Source: Promethearchaeota archaeon (GTDB taxonomy: Archaea; Asgardarchaeota; Lokiarchaeia; Sigyniarchaeales; SOKP01). Taken from it: 64,000 nucleotides of DNA. Numbering within the stretch: the first letter of the stretch is position 1; each line of letters starts with the position of its first letter. The notes beneath the pieces were generated by a model. The model ran no database searches, was not told the origin of the DNA, and was given only the letters and a program-made list of their open reading frames with translations. Location: positions 15,432-79,431 of the forward strand of contig JAHLWS010000060.1 of the NCBI GenBank assembly GCA_019057795.1, given 5' to 3'. Shown in pieces: positions 48,949 to 59,620 of this stretch. A program made the position numbers and the translations under genes.

Positions 48949-49569
48949 ATGGAAAGTAATAAAAATATAATGGCAGTAGTAATTTCTCCCGCAAAAGACG
49001 CTCATAAACGCGAAGCTAAAGGGTTTTCCTTGTCAGAAATAAAAGAAGCTGGAAAAACACCTGAATTATTAAGAGCTTTAAATGTAAATGTTGATTATTT
49101 TAGGAAATCTAAGCACGAGCTTAACGTTGAACAGCTAAAAAAATTAAAACCAGTTAGCAAGAAAGTTAAAAAGAAGAAGCCTTATGTGTTCAAAGAAAAG
49201 AAAAGAACGCCTTTCAAACTAAAAGTAGAAAAAGTGAGAAAAAAGCCAGCTAAAGTAGAAAAAACCGAACAAAAACCTAAGATCACTAAAAAAGCACCTC
49301 CTCCAAAGAAAGAAATAGAAGAAGTAGAACTAAAACCCGCAAAGAAAGAGAAGAAAGAGAAAAAAGAAAAGTTAAAATCTGAAAAGACAAAATTGACCTC
49401 TTTAACAGGTTTGGGGCCTGCTGCTGCTAAAAAACTAGAGGAACTTGGAGTAAGTTGTGTTGAAGAACTCATTAAAGAAAATCCAGGAGAACTAGCACCC
49501 TTAATCAAAGGAGTTTCCGAAGAAAGATTAAGTAAATGGTGCGACGAAGGAAAAGAAATGCTGAAATAA
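48949..49569 (+). CDS. rpl13e: Ribosomal protein eL13-like with Lys-rich linker and C-terminal helix-hairpin-helix domain
   Basis: REAKGFSLSEIKEAG...VDYFRKSKHELNVEQLK (archaeal L13e pattern); LTGLGPAAAKKLEELGV HhH. Confidence 0.75.
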   Translation: MESNKNIMAVVISPAKDAHKREAKGFSLSEIKEAGKTPELLRALNVNVDYFRKSKHELNVEQLKKLKPVSKKVKKKKPYVFKEKKRTPFKLKVEKVRKKPAKVEKTEQKPKITKKAPPPKKEIEEVELKPAKKEKKEKKEKLKSEKTKLTSLTGLGPAAAKKLEELGVSCVEELIKENPGELAPLIKGVSEERLSKWCDEGKEMLK

Positions 49570-49762
49570 CGCTAAAAACAATAAATTTCTATGTCTTCAC
49601 CTTTTTAAATGCATAAATTTTAATTAATTTTTTTATGCAATTTTCTTAAATGTTTATTCAATAGGGAAAATAAAAATTTTTATTTACCAAAACTATTTAG
49701 ATGGTATATCAAATTATTTTATAACAAATTACAGAAATTATCTATAACCTGGTGACGAATGA

Positions 49763-50257
49763 ATGGAATACAATTATTACAGCTATGAGAAGCTTGAAGG
49801 TAAAATCCTAGTTCCTAAGTTGCCTATTTGGTTTAGAGAAGTAGAATTTAATGGAGATAAAAACGAAGGAAATTTAACATTCCACTCTCAAAACGATTAC
49901 GACGAGATTTATGGTTCTAATGCTAAAATGGAAATTCTTTGGGAAAAAAAAGAAAGAGATGGATTCTACTACGCCAAGGAAGTGCAGCAGTCAATAGAGT
50001 TATTTAATGCGATTGGATTTGTGATTACCTCTAAAGAAAATACATGGTTAAGGAGTCACGAATTTACTTTTTGGTACGGGCAGCGTACTAAAATGATGAG
50101 AAAGAGATATTACCAAGAAAAATGCATTCACGGAATCTTCTATTGCGATATAACAGAACGATTAATTAATTTACATACAAATATTATTGATAAATTTTAT
50201 GATAATTTCAAACCGTTCGTTATTAAATCATATAACACGTTTATTTGCCACGAATAA
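49763..50257 (+). CDS. Hypothetical protein
   Basis: 164-aa ORF with GGTGA upstream; HE, H..FYC and CH motifs suggest metal binding. Confidence 0.7.
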   Translation: MEYNYYSYEKLEGKILVPKLPIWFREVEFNGDKNEGNLTFHSQNDYDEIYGSNAKMEILWEKKERDGFYYAKEVQQSIELFNAIGFVITSKENTWLRSHEFTFWYGQRTKMMRKRYYQEKCIHGIFYCDITERLINLHTNIIDKFYDNFKPFVIKSYNTFICHE

Positions 50258-50277
50258 ATCTGGAATTTCATATACTT

Positions 50278-51024
50278 TTATTTAATTACTTTTTGAGCTA
50301 GTACGAAGAAGTTATCCTTCTTATTTGGACCACCCATCCTTTTAAATTCTAGGATGGTATATTCGTTTAACAATTTCTTTATTTCTTTTTTAGAGAAAAA
50401 GTGATAAAATCGTTTGTAGGTTTTTTTTTCAGCGGATAAAGTCCAAGGGACGAATTTATCTCCGTATTCATTCAATCCAAGTTTAATTTGAATTTTTCTA
50501 TATTTTGGATTAAATAGCCTTTTTATCTTATCCTTTATAAAATAACTTCTATAATTTTTTTGATACTTTCGCCAAACTGTAAACAAAAAATATCCCTTAT
50601 TTCTTAACAAATAGTATAATTGCGAAATTGCGTAATTAAGTTGAGTTTTGTCTTTAATATGATGTATAGTAGCGATTGAAAAAATGTTTTGAATAACATT
50701 AGGTCGTATTGGTAAAAATAAGATATCGCTTAGTATTAATTGGATGAAATTAGTACTATTTTTAGTAAGATTATTGTCAGACTTTATATTATCTCTAGCA
50801 ATCTTTAAAAATTCGAAAGAATTATCAACTCCAATTAATTTATTATTAGGTTGTATGAACACGCTAAAATTTCTACCATTTGCACATCCTAAGTCAATAT
50901 TATAGCCTGTAAAAGAAATTTCTTTTTCTTTTATCTCCTCTACAAATGTTTCTAAATCTTTCCAAGGTTTACTTCTCTTTTTGTGGTAATCTTTTGCTAG
51001 AAAGTTGTATAAGTCCTTTTCCAT
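50278..51024 (-). CDS. Class I SAM-dependent methyltransferase (Trm9/ALKBH8-like)
   Basis: R.KPW, IDLGCANGRN, GVDNS, SIATIHHI, RFYHFF. Confidence 0.85.
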   Translation of the reverse strand: MEKDLYNFLAKDYHKKRSKPWKDLETFVEEIKEKEISFTGYNIDLGCANGRNFSVFIQPNNKLIGVDNSFEFLKIARDNIKSDNNLTKNSTNFIQLILSDILFLPIRPNVIQNIFSIATIHHIKDKTQLNYAISQLYYLLRNKGYFLFTVWRKYQKNYRSYFIKDKIKRLFNPKYRKIQIKLGLNEYGDKFVPWTLSAEKKTYKRFYHFFSKKEIKKLLNEYTILEFKRMGGPNKKDNFFVLAQKVIK

Positions 51025-51238
51025 CGATTAAATTATTACTAATTTTTAATTTAAAAAATTTTATTAATTGTTTTAGCTTTGGTTTTTTTCAAATTCTAAA
51101 TAAAAATAATATAAAAAAATAAAAATTATCCAATTAAATAATTAAACATTAAATAATTAAAACAATAAGATAATATTTGCTTTCTAGACATGAATTTCAA
51201 TTTAAACTAACGAGCAATAGCAACTAAGCGGTTAAAAG

Positions 51239-52822
51239 ATGGATGATATTGTAAAAATTTTAGAAAAGTTTATTGATCAAATGAAAGACGAAATCTATGA
51301 ATCGTATGAGAAATGCTCGTCATACATTAATGATCTCATAATTTCAAAAAAAATTAATATTATGTTAGACATCAATACTGAACCAGAAGAAGTTATAAGA
51401 AAAACTATAATAACGATTATAAATGCTACAAATTCCGCGTTAACATCTATAGGCGTTTCTACAGATAAACTTTCATATGATAACGAACTATTTCGAGAAA
51501 GTTTTGAAGAAAATAGAAATATGTATTCTAATTATAATTCCTTTTTACAATTAGGTTTAAAAGATTACATTACTAGGCATCTATTGGCTATTTTCATCGA
51601 ATATTTGACTAACATTGATAAAATTAAAATGGAAAACCTAGATCTTTTCGATTTATTACCTCGTGAATTTCTTAATAAATTGAACCAGTTCAAAAATGAA
51701 ATTCAGATATCGGAAGATGCTAAAAACCGTTTTAAACTTTTCATTAACGAAATATGGAAGTACTTCGATTCGTCAAACTTAACTTTTATATTAACTAGTT
51801 TCGAAATGAAAGAGTCTATGGACGCGACATCTGAAGCGGATATATTGAAAATGCTACAAGAAGCTCGTATGGATAACATTAAAGCTTTAAAACAACCTGT
51901 AAATCGAATTCAAGACCAAAACCAACTTAATACAGGAAAAGAACAATCTTTTTTAGATTATTTTGTAACCTTCCCTAAATTAAGTCAATTTATTGTTGAA
52001 AAAATTGGAATCGATATAAACCAATTAAGTGAGATTTTAAAATCTTCCCAAGAACTTTTAGATTTGGAAAATCTGTTTTATACCATTAGTATTTTTAAAA
52101 TGCTAGGAGTAGATATTCCTCTTGAAGCTAATGATATTATAAATATTGTAAGTGAATTTGTTAGTGGAAGAGTTTTTAGTACAGGAAAGTATCATATCCC
52201 AAACCCAGTTAGTATATTTTATGGGCTGTCTATTCTAACTGAAATAGATTTACTGAATAATTCTGATATAATTGACTTATTAGACATTGAGATGTTTCTC
52301 GAACGAGAAATCTCGAAATTCATGCCTGAAAAGTTGACACTAAATTTTTTTACTGTTTTAGGTTTAAGATTGTTAGAAAATAACGGAGGGATTATAACTG
52401 ACAAAAGTTATTTGATTAAACCGTTAGTAAATCTTGATCTATTTAATTTAGACGAATTTAAACCATCTTCAGATATGTTTTTCTATTTAGCACTATTGAG
52501 ATTATTAGATTCTAGGGTAGATTTTAGTAATTTGAAAGTTTTATATTTAGACGAACTAAAACAAAGGATGCTACCTAATGGTTCCATTAATGGCAGCATT
52601 ACTGAATCAGCTAGAACGTTATTAATTTTTAGAATGTTAAACTCAAACGACACGGAGTTAAATCCTATTTCCAATTTATTAAATTTCTTAAATCAAAATT
52701 TAAGAGTATTTAAAAATACGCTCGGCACTAATTATTTTAATTGGAAAACTGATAAATTAGCGTTTAAAATTGAGCTTCGTATGCTTTTTTGGGCAATAAT
52801 TGCACTCTCGCAATATATTTAA
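51239..52822 (+). CDS. Hypothetical all-alpha protein; C-terminal half possibly an alpha/alpha-barrel
   Basis: 527-aa ORF with repeated FY.L..L..L helices and PNGS. Confidence 0.65.
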   Translation: MDDIVKILEKFIDQMKDEIYESYEKCSSYINDLIISKKINIMLDINTEPEEVIRKTIITIINATNSALTSIGVSTDKLSYDNELFRESFEENRNMYSNYNSFLQLGLKDYITRHLLAIFIEYLTNIDKIKMENLDLFDLLPREFLNKLNQFKNEIQISEDAKNRFKLFINEIWKYFDSSNLTFILTSFEMKESMDATSEADILKMLQEARMDNIKALKQPVNRIQDQNQLNTGKEQSFLDYFVTFPKLSQFIVEKIGIDINQLSEILKSSQELLDLENLFYTISIFKMLGVDIPLEANDIINIVSEFVSGRVFSTGKYHIPNPVSIFYGLSILTEIDLLNNSDIIDLLDIEMFLEREISKFMPEKLTLNFFTVLGLRLLENNGGIITDKSYLIKPLVNLDLFNLDEFKPSSDMFFYLALLRLLDSRVDFSNLKVLYLDELKQRMLPNGSINGSITESARTLLIFRMLNSNDTELNPISNLLNFLNQNLRVFKNTLGTNYFNWKTDKLAFKIELRMLFWAIIALSQYI

Positions 52823-52848
52823 AAATATAACATGTAGATTAGATTTCG

Positions 52849-53472
52849 TTACTCTAAATTAAAAATTGTTAATATAAAATTTCTAACTGAAGGAGATATT
52901 TTATTCTCTTTTACTCCCTTATTCCATTTTTTAATTAGAATATTATTTTTGGTTAAATCTTGGATGACCTTTTGACCTATTTGAATCCAGTTGCCAATAT
53001 CAATAAATGGAGCGCTTTCTCTTATTCCTTGACAATATTTAAGCCCTTTTTCGGTGTAGAATATTTCTATCTCGCTTTTTTTTGGATTTTCTTTATCCAA
53101 ATCAATTAAGAGTTTGAAAGTAAATGGAAATGTCCTACAAAAGTTAGGTCTGAAATCGTAAATTGAGCACCTATTTTTTGTCTCATCGTAAAAGTAACAT
53201 TGACCATTTCTTTTTTTAAGTCCTACAAACGCTAAACCTCGTTCCGTTTCAATAGGTGGAACAACCATCCTACTAATTTCCTTTGTGGTAGGTTTTTTAT
53301 CAAAAATATAGAACCCTAAAATTTCAATTATTTCGTCTAAATTTAAGTTTAAACCATTTTTGATGCGAATAATATCTGAATAAGTGGTATTAACTAAAGT
53401 ATCTAAATCAGTACAACATTTACCACAATGTACGCATTCAAATCTTAACCTTAAATCATTTGTAATATTCAT
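52849..53472 (-). CDS. YkgJ family cysteine-cluster protein
   Basis: CVHCGKCC, CYFY...CSIYDFRPNFCRTFPF, CQG. Confidence 0.85.
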   Translation of the reverse strand: MNITNDLRLRFECVHCGKCCTDLDTLVNTTYSDIIRIKNGLNLNLDEIIEILGFYIFDKKPTTKEISRMVVPPIETERGLAFVGLKKRNGQCYFYDETKNRCSIYDFRPNFCRTFPFTFKLLIDLDKENPKKSEIEIFYTEKGLKYCQGIRESAPFIDIGNWIQIGQKVIQDLTKNNILIKKWNKGVKENKISPSVRNFILTIFNLE

Positions 53473-53507
53473 AATTAATTAAAAAAAAAATAAATAAAAA
53501 ATAGCTA

Positions 53508-56500
53508 TTAATTTATTGTGTTGACGGTAGGTATAATAACTTGCTTCTTTATCAATCCTTCAATGCCATCTATAACAATATCTCTATTTTTTTCGTGTAT
53601 AATTTGAAATATATTCTCCAAGAAAAATTCTCTTTTACTTTTAGCAATCGAATAGAGAACATTTAAAATACGAGTTTCCATCGAATTTAATTCATCCTCC
53701 TTTCTTAGTTTAGCGATAAATTTTGCGTTATTTATCGTAAATGTTTCTTTAAAGCATAATTCTACATATTTATTGATAATTGGGGGGAACATGACTTCAA
53801 ATTCGTGGATAGCACCATCCCAATTTTCTATTTGTTCTGAAAGTTCCAACATTGCTCCTAAAGACAAATCAGAAATCACTTTTTTCAATCGGTCAGAAGC
53901 TCTTTCGGTAAGTATAAAAATGATACGTAAATCTTGGCGGTCACAGATCAAACAATAAAAATATTTAAAATCCAGTTCTAAGATTGTTCGACTGCCATCT
54001 TCTTCGTCAGATTCGACTAAATCCCCATCTTTTCCTCTTTTTCCTGCCATTTCTTCTCCAACTGTTATTATGGCTTGAATAAAACCAGAAAAAAGTTCCT
54101 TCTTATGCTTTTCTAGAATAGAATAGCTTTTAGAATAGAGTGGAATCCCGCTATATCTATGAATCGCAACGATTGCTTGAATATTTTGTAAATCCTTAAA
54201 TCTTTGAGTTCTGGTTAATAATTCTGCTTCTCTTTTCCTTCTCCTTGGCAAAATCACATACGATCTCAAGCTAAGTACGCCTAAAGCACTAATAATTAGA
54301 GCTGAAATTATAATAATAATCCAAATCAGAAAAATAGGGAATTGTGGCTCACCTATAACTAAGAGAAATGAAGATTGCGTGGTTTTATATACTGTTCCCT
54401 CTTTTGAAATGACGAGATTGAATATGAAATTACCTTGTAAGTTTTCAGGCAATTCTACTGTGAGCTGATATGTACCGGGAATTATTTCTTCTAATTCTCC
54501 AACTCCATATCTCCATTCGTATAAAACAGTCGCGTTTTCGATAGGCTGATTAGTTTTAAGATCTAGCAATTCTATTTGAAGTACTAAAGATCCTCCTATT
54601 TCTGCCTTTATGGTTGGATTTGAATCTTCATGCCCAACTATATCAACATCAAATTCAATTCGCTCTATCAATATTTCAAAGCCAAATGTTTGGGTCCTAT
54701 AATTCGGATGTTCAAACTTCAAATAAATAAAATTGATTCCAGATGAGAAATATTCTGGCAGACCTTCAATCGATGAGTTATACCAATTATTTATGTATTC
54801 TGTTAAATCCATTTCATAAGATTCGCTAATCCAAGTAAAATTTCCTCCCGAAATATAATTTTTATCTATGATTGACATCGCTTTGGCAGAAACATTAATT
54901 ATGTCAAAAAAAGTAACTTCATGCAGAGTATTTTCCTGAATATTAACCGAATTAATAAAAACTGAAAGATCCACTGATTGTTCTATAATTTGAAATTGGT
55001 ATCCATAATATTGTGGTTCATAACCAGTTGCTGAAAAACTAAAGTTTAGTTGGAATATTCCGATATTATCAGTGAATAACGTACTAAATTCAATGTCATA
55101 AATCCCATTACCAAGATTTTCAATCAAATAATATGAGGGATTACTTATACTAATATTAACCGTTGCACCATCAATTCCCTCGTCATCTAAAAGCGAATAA
55201 TATTTAAATTTTATTGTACTATTTGCGTGCAACTCTATATTATAATCAGACTGAAGTCGTTGCACGCTAGTTTCCTCTCCAAGGTTAATTTTCAAAGTCA
55301 AATTATAATCTAAGAAACCTACTTTTGAAGATTCAATTAAAATCTCATAAAAACCATTTGATCCTAAATCTGATGTATCTAAAATGGTCTCATAAATTCC
55401 TAAACTAGCTTCTTCAAAATATACCGTTCCGGAGGTCCAATTATATGAAATTATTGCATTTAAAATGGGATTGTTATTTTCAGAATCTGTTAAATTTACT
55501 TGTACTGGTATAACATCCCCAATAAACGCGTCAGTTATTGAATCAGAAATTGCATCATTAGGTTTAATAAGTGAGAATGAACTCTCATGTATAACTAAAA
55601 AACTTGAGTTTAATCCTCCCAGAGCCGTCCCATTAGACCAGAATAGTGTATAATCGTATTGTCCTCCGGTTGTATTTAACGCATCAAAATATAATTCAGA
55701 AAAGAACACACTTCCATTTGACAACGGCGTTTGTGTTTCAGTAAACCACATAACTCCCTCTGGATCATAAATAGTTAAATTAACTTCTGTAGAACCAAGA
55801 TTGAAGGGAACTTCATTACTATGATTAACTTGAGTTTTGATTATTGTCGATTCTCCTGTAGTAAATGATGTATGAGTCCATTCTCCTTGTTTTAAAAGTT
55901 TTGTATTTGATTGATTCAGGTAATTTGGAGAGGTAGCTTTAAATGACCACCAACCTGGGAAAAGCGCATTTGTCTTGTTGATTTTTAAAAATGAATCACC
56001 TACACTCCCGTTTTCAAAAGGACGAGAAAGAAGGGTTGGGTCTAGGGCATAGATAAACTCCCAATTCAGAGGTTTATTTATTAAAAATTCAAAATCCGAA
56101 TACTGAGAAGGCATATAGAAATTATGATAGAATTCCCAATATATTGTGCCATTTTCTAGAATATAATAATTCAAACCTTCATTATTTAGTTGGTCTATTT
56201 TAGATGTAGTCTCTCGATATCCAAAAATAGAAGTATTTAGATTAAAACTTAAGGATGGAGATGTTGTCGTGAATTCGATAGATATGGGATTCAAGACCCA
56301 AAGATTATTTAATGATAAACTTGATCTTCCCCAGCTCGAATCATCAATAGGATAATTGCCATCAATTGTTAAGTTGATTCCATCTTGATTTGAATTTGCT
56401 AAAGTAGTTAGTACCAAAGAGACATTATCAAACCAAAATCTCTGTTGGAATAAATCTTCAAAACCTGAATAAGTAATAGATGCACCACTCATTATTCCAA

Positions 56501-57713
56501 TTGAGATATTAAATTTTTGATTCATTTGAATGTTTTGAAAGATACTAGATGTATTACTCCAAAGTGCCATATATATTTTACCCGTGTTATGCCAGATTCC
56601 TCTTCCTCCGTCTGTGATATCTCTCAATCCCTTATTATAGACTATTTGATTATCTATTGCACAATATATATAAAATTCATTAGATGCTATAGCAGATTCC
56701 GCATAGTAATCAAAACTTATGTATCCATCAATTACTTCGCCTCTAGGAATAGTAATGTTTTGATATGATTCAACGTAATCGTTTCCATAATAGGCAGCAA
56801 ACCTCATGCTATCAAAATAATCCGGATCTCTAGATATATTAGCTAATAGTGATAATTGTATCGCATTATTATCACTTATATTTCCTGGGAAATAATTATT
56901 AAAAAGACCATTATTGTTATAGCCCCAAGAAGATTCAAATAGAGAGTAACTTGTTGAACTTGAATTATAAAATTCATAATAATCAATATCATAACCATAA
57001 TACTGAATAGTACCATCTGAATCTATAGATAATTTCAAAGTATCAGCATTAATCCATGGTGTATAAAAATCAGTTTCCACTCCAGTAAATATATATTTTA
57101 AAGTATTAGTATCATCATGGATAAATAAATAATCCCAATCAGTCTCAATTTCGATGCGTGAAAAATGTAAACGCATTGCTTTAGCACCAGATTCACTAAT
57201 CGTACTATGAATTGTTGTGCGACTTAAATCCGCACTATAATTATGTGTGGGAGGTGGAGGAGGGTCTATATTACTCACCACAGGTGATAAATCTATTCTA
57301 TAAGGCGCCCCAATATCAAAATAATCTGCATCACTTACCCATTCTCTAGTATCGTGTATGTCTTGAATTGTAAAATTTATTTCTGATGACTTCCAATCGT
57401 GAACATCATCTAGAAAATAAGTTAAATTAACTTCTTCTTTATTGGTTAAAGATACTTGTTGATCGTATTTATATAAATTGCCATAATCAGTTATATTTAA
57501 AGAATTTTCATTTCCTTCAAATAAAACTGGAGAATCATCAGCAAGTAAGGGTGTTTGGGAGAAATTATCAAAGTCTCTGTCAATTTCTGTAATATTATTG
57601 GAATTTAGAATGAGAAAACTACTCGAGAGAAAAATTAATAATATAATCATTAGTTCAATCTTTCTAAGAATTGAATATTTTCTTGTATATGAATTATGAG
57701 AAATAATTTTCAT
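53508..57713 (-). CDS. Large single-pass surface protein: CUB-like and Ig-like ectodomain, TM, cytoplasmic longin-like and wHTH-like tail
   Basis: N-terminal hydrophobic signal; MRLHFSRIEIETDWDYLFI...SDGTIQYYGY (CUB); GIYE/GIYD/GTYQ beta-sandwich repeats; TM followed by PRRRKRE; IQAIVAIHRYSGIPLY...LFSGFIQAI. Confidence 0.8.
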   Translation of the reverse strand: MKIISHNSYTRKYSILRKIELMIILLIFLSSSFLILNSNNITEIDRDFDNFSQTPLLADDSPVLFEGNENSLNITDYGNLYKYDQQVSLTNKEEVNLTYFLDDVHDWKSSEINFTIQDIHDTREWVSDADYFDIGAPYRIDLSPVVSNIDPPPPPTHNYSADLSRTTIHSTISESGAKAMRLHFSRIEIETDWDYLFIHDDTNTLKYIFTGVETDFYTPWINADTLKLSIDSDGTIQYYGYDIDYYEFYNSSSTSYSLFESSWGYNNNGLFNNYFPGNISDNNAIQLSLLANISRDPDYFDSMRFAAYYGNDYVESYQNITIPRGEVIDGYISFDYYAESAIASNEFYIYCAIDNQIVYNKGLRDITDGGRGIWHNTGKIYMALWSNTSSIFQNIQMNQKFNISIGIMSGASITYSGFEDLFQQRFWFDNVSLVLTTLANSNQDGINLTIDGNYPIDDSSWGRSSLSLNNLWVLNPISIEFTTTSPSLSFNLNTSIFGYRETTSKIDQLNNEGLNYYILENGTIYWEFYHNFYMPSQYSDFEFLINKPLNWEFIYALDPTLLSRPFENGSVGDSFLKINKTNALFPGWWSFKATSPNYLNQSNTKLLKQGEWTHTSFTTGESTIIKTQVNHSNEVPFNLGSTEVNLTIYDPEGVMWFTETQTPLSNGSVFFSELYFDALNTTGGQYDYTLFWSNGTALGGLNSSFLVIHESSFSLIKPNDAISDSITDAFIGDVIPVQVNLTDSENNNPILNAIISYNWTSGTVYFEEASLGIYETILDTSDLGSNGFYEILIESSKVGFLDYNLTLKINLGEETSVQRLQSDYNIELHANSTIKFKYYSLLDDEGIDGATVNISISNPSYYLIENLGNGIYDIEFSTLFTDNIGIFQLNFSFSATGYEPQYYGYQFQIIEQSVDLSVFINSVNIQENTLHEVTFFDIINVSAKAMSIIDKNYISGGNFTWISESYEMDLTEYINNWYNSSIEGLPEYFSSGINFIYLKFEHPNYRTQTFGFEILIERIEFDVDIVGHEDSNPTIKAEIGGSLVLQIELLDLKTNQPIENATVLYEWRYGVGELEEIIPGTYQLTVELPENLQGNFIFNLVISKEGTVYKTTQSSFLLVIGEPQFPIFLIWIIIIISALIISALGVLSLRSYVILPRRRKREAELLTRTQRFKDLQNIQAIVAIHRYSGIPLYSKSYSILEKHKKELFSGFIQAIITVGEEMAGKRGKDGDLVESDEEDGSRTILELDFKYFYCLICDRQDLRIIFILTERASDRLKKVISDLSLGAMLELSEQIENWDGAIHEFEVMFPPIINKYVELCFKETFTINNAKFIAKLRKEDELNSMETRILNVLYSIAKSKREFFLENIFQIIHEKNRDIVIDGIEGLIKKQVIIPTVNTIN

Positions 57714-57875
57714 AAAATCCCCTGTTGTTAATTAAAACAATTATAAAAACTAAAATTAATAAATTTAAGTTTTAAGCTAGACAAAAGTGTTAAAGAATAG
57801 ATGTATTTTTTAACAAGCTTCAACCTAAAATATAACGATAGGAATGCTAAATTAAACAACTATTCTATCCTATAC

Positions 57876-58229
57876 TTAGTTAGGAAGATCATTGATGAAT
57901 TCTGATTTTAGTATATTAACATAAGAGAGTTTATCTTCATTTGTTAATGAGTTTACTTTAATTCCCTTTTTAGTATAGTTATCTGGAGGTATTTGATCTA
58001 TAAGAGAGATAATAAGAATAATAGCATTTTTTACAAATTCTTTTTTTCTCGTTCGTTTCAACACTTTCATTAATTCAATAAACGATTTATCTCTCCAAAG
58101 TTCTGCTGTTTCCCTGTTTGTATTTTGATTTTGAAAGAAATCAATAATACTTAGATAATAATCAAGTTCATAATTATCGCTATTATTTGATATGTTCATT
58201 GTTGATACGTTTATTATTGATATGTTCAT
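57876..58229 (-). CDS. Hypothetical protein
   Basis: 117-aa ORF; duplicated MNIS start, so the second Met may be the true start. Confidence 0.6.
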   Translation of the reverse strand: MNISIINVSTMNISNNSDNYELDYYLSIIDFFQNQNTNRETAELWRDKSFIELMKVLKRTRKKEFVKNAIILIISLIDQIPPDNYTKKGIKVNSLTNEDKLSYVNILKSEFINDLPN

Positions 58230-58483
58230 TATTTTTAAACCGTTTTCTTAATTATATAACCTTAGAATTTGTTTTTAAATTAGATGAGAATCTTAGTTTT
58301 TTGTTGCTATGTTTCGTACATTTTCTTTTATTTAGTATCATTAATCTTCCTTATTTGGAAATTAAATCCCAATGTGCTCAAGTAAAAAATGCGTACTGGT
58401 ACTTTATTTTCTTTTGTAATACTTAGATATCATTTAGCACGAAAGGATTTTGTAATAAAGAATAAATTTTAAGGTTTCTTCCG

Positions 58484-59482
58484 CTATAAATTTTCCAATT
58501 CCGGAGGGACATAACCATATGTGTCTAAGAATCTTTTTCTTACATCTTTAATGTTATAAGTTTGCGTTTGGGCGCCACTAGTCTCAACAACAAAAGAACT
58601 TACTATCGAGCCTAATCGACAAGAGTCTAAAAGGGTCATATCTAATATTAATCCCGTTAAAACTCCAGCCCGGTAACCGTCTCCGGCGCCTGTTGTATCG
58701 ATAATCTTTTCAGCCTTAGCAATTGGAATTTCTACGCGGAATATTTTATCCGATTTGCTTTTATAGATAAGTTCGGAACCTTCTGAACCTTTAGTTTTAA
58801 TAATAGTTTTGACAAGCTTAAGAAGTTCGTTTTCATTTAAATCTGTTTTAACCATTACTTGATTTATTTCATAAGTATTCCCAATCAAAATTTCTGATTT
58901 TTTTAAAATATCTAATAAGATATTCTTAGGAAATAATGGAGTTATTTGACCCGGGTCGAATATCATTGGTATTTTTAATTCTTCTAGTTGTTCGGAAAAA
59001 TTCGTCATAGCTTCAATACCTTGGGTCGAGTTTATTGCGTATACATATTGTTCAGGATTTTGAATTTTTTTTCGTAAATCGATATTTTTACTCTCATCTA
59101 AAGCGCCTCCGTGAAATATTATCATCTGATTAGCCTTGATATCGTTTACAATATAACAAGCCGCTGTAAAAAGTTTTTCGCGAACATCTACATTAAGTTC
59201 GATGTTTTTAAACTTTGTTATATGGTTTTTATAGCCTAAGCTTTCAAAATCCTTCCCAACTGAACCTAATAATGAAACCTTAGAAATGTTAAGTAATCCA
59301 AGGTTAAAAGCAATATTACCTGCAGTACCACCGTAATGTTGAATACGGCTGTTAGCAGTAACCGTGCTCTGGTATTCTTCTTTTTCGTGATCAATAGAAA
59401 CTGCGTTGACAAAATTCTCTTCAAAAGTCATAATATAATCAAAAGCTAAAGAACCCAGAACAATGATTTTATCTCGTTTCAT
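58484..59482 (-). CDS. PfkB family carbohydrate/nucleoside kinase
   Basis: GSLAFD, GGTAGNIA, FDPGQ, DTTGAGDGYRAG. Confidence 0.93.
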   Translation of the reverse strand: MKRDKIIVLGSLAFDYIMTFEENFVNAVSIDHEKEEYQSTVTANSRIQHYGGTAGNIAFNLGLLNISKVSLLGSVGKDFESLGYKNHITKFKNIELNVDVREKLFTAACYIVNDIKANQMIIFHGGALDESKNIDLRKKIQNPEQYVYAINSTQGIEAMTNFSEQLEELKIPMIFDPGQITPLFPKNILLDILKKSEILIGNTYEINQVMVKTDLNENELLKLVKTIIKTKGSEGSELIYKSKSDKIFRVEIPIAKAEKIIDTTGAGDGYRAGVLTGLILDMTLLDSCRLGSIVSSFVVETSGAQTQTYNIKDVRKRFLDTYGYVPPELENL

Positions 59483-59620
59483 AAAGAAATAAACCTTTTA
59501 GTATAATTTAGCAAAACTATATTATTATAATCCTTAACATGTATTAAATATTTTATAAATTAAAGAACCTATCAAATCAAAGAGTTTTACTTTTAAAGTA
59601 TTTTCAATTCTAAGGTATAT

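Noticed and set aside
58187-58230. Short direct repeat TGATATGTTCAT
   Set aside because: Only two copies, giving a duplicated MNIS start; probably a local micro-duplication
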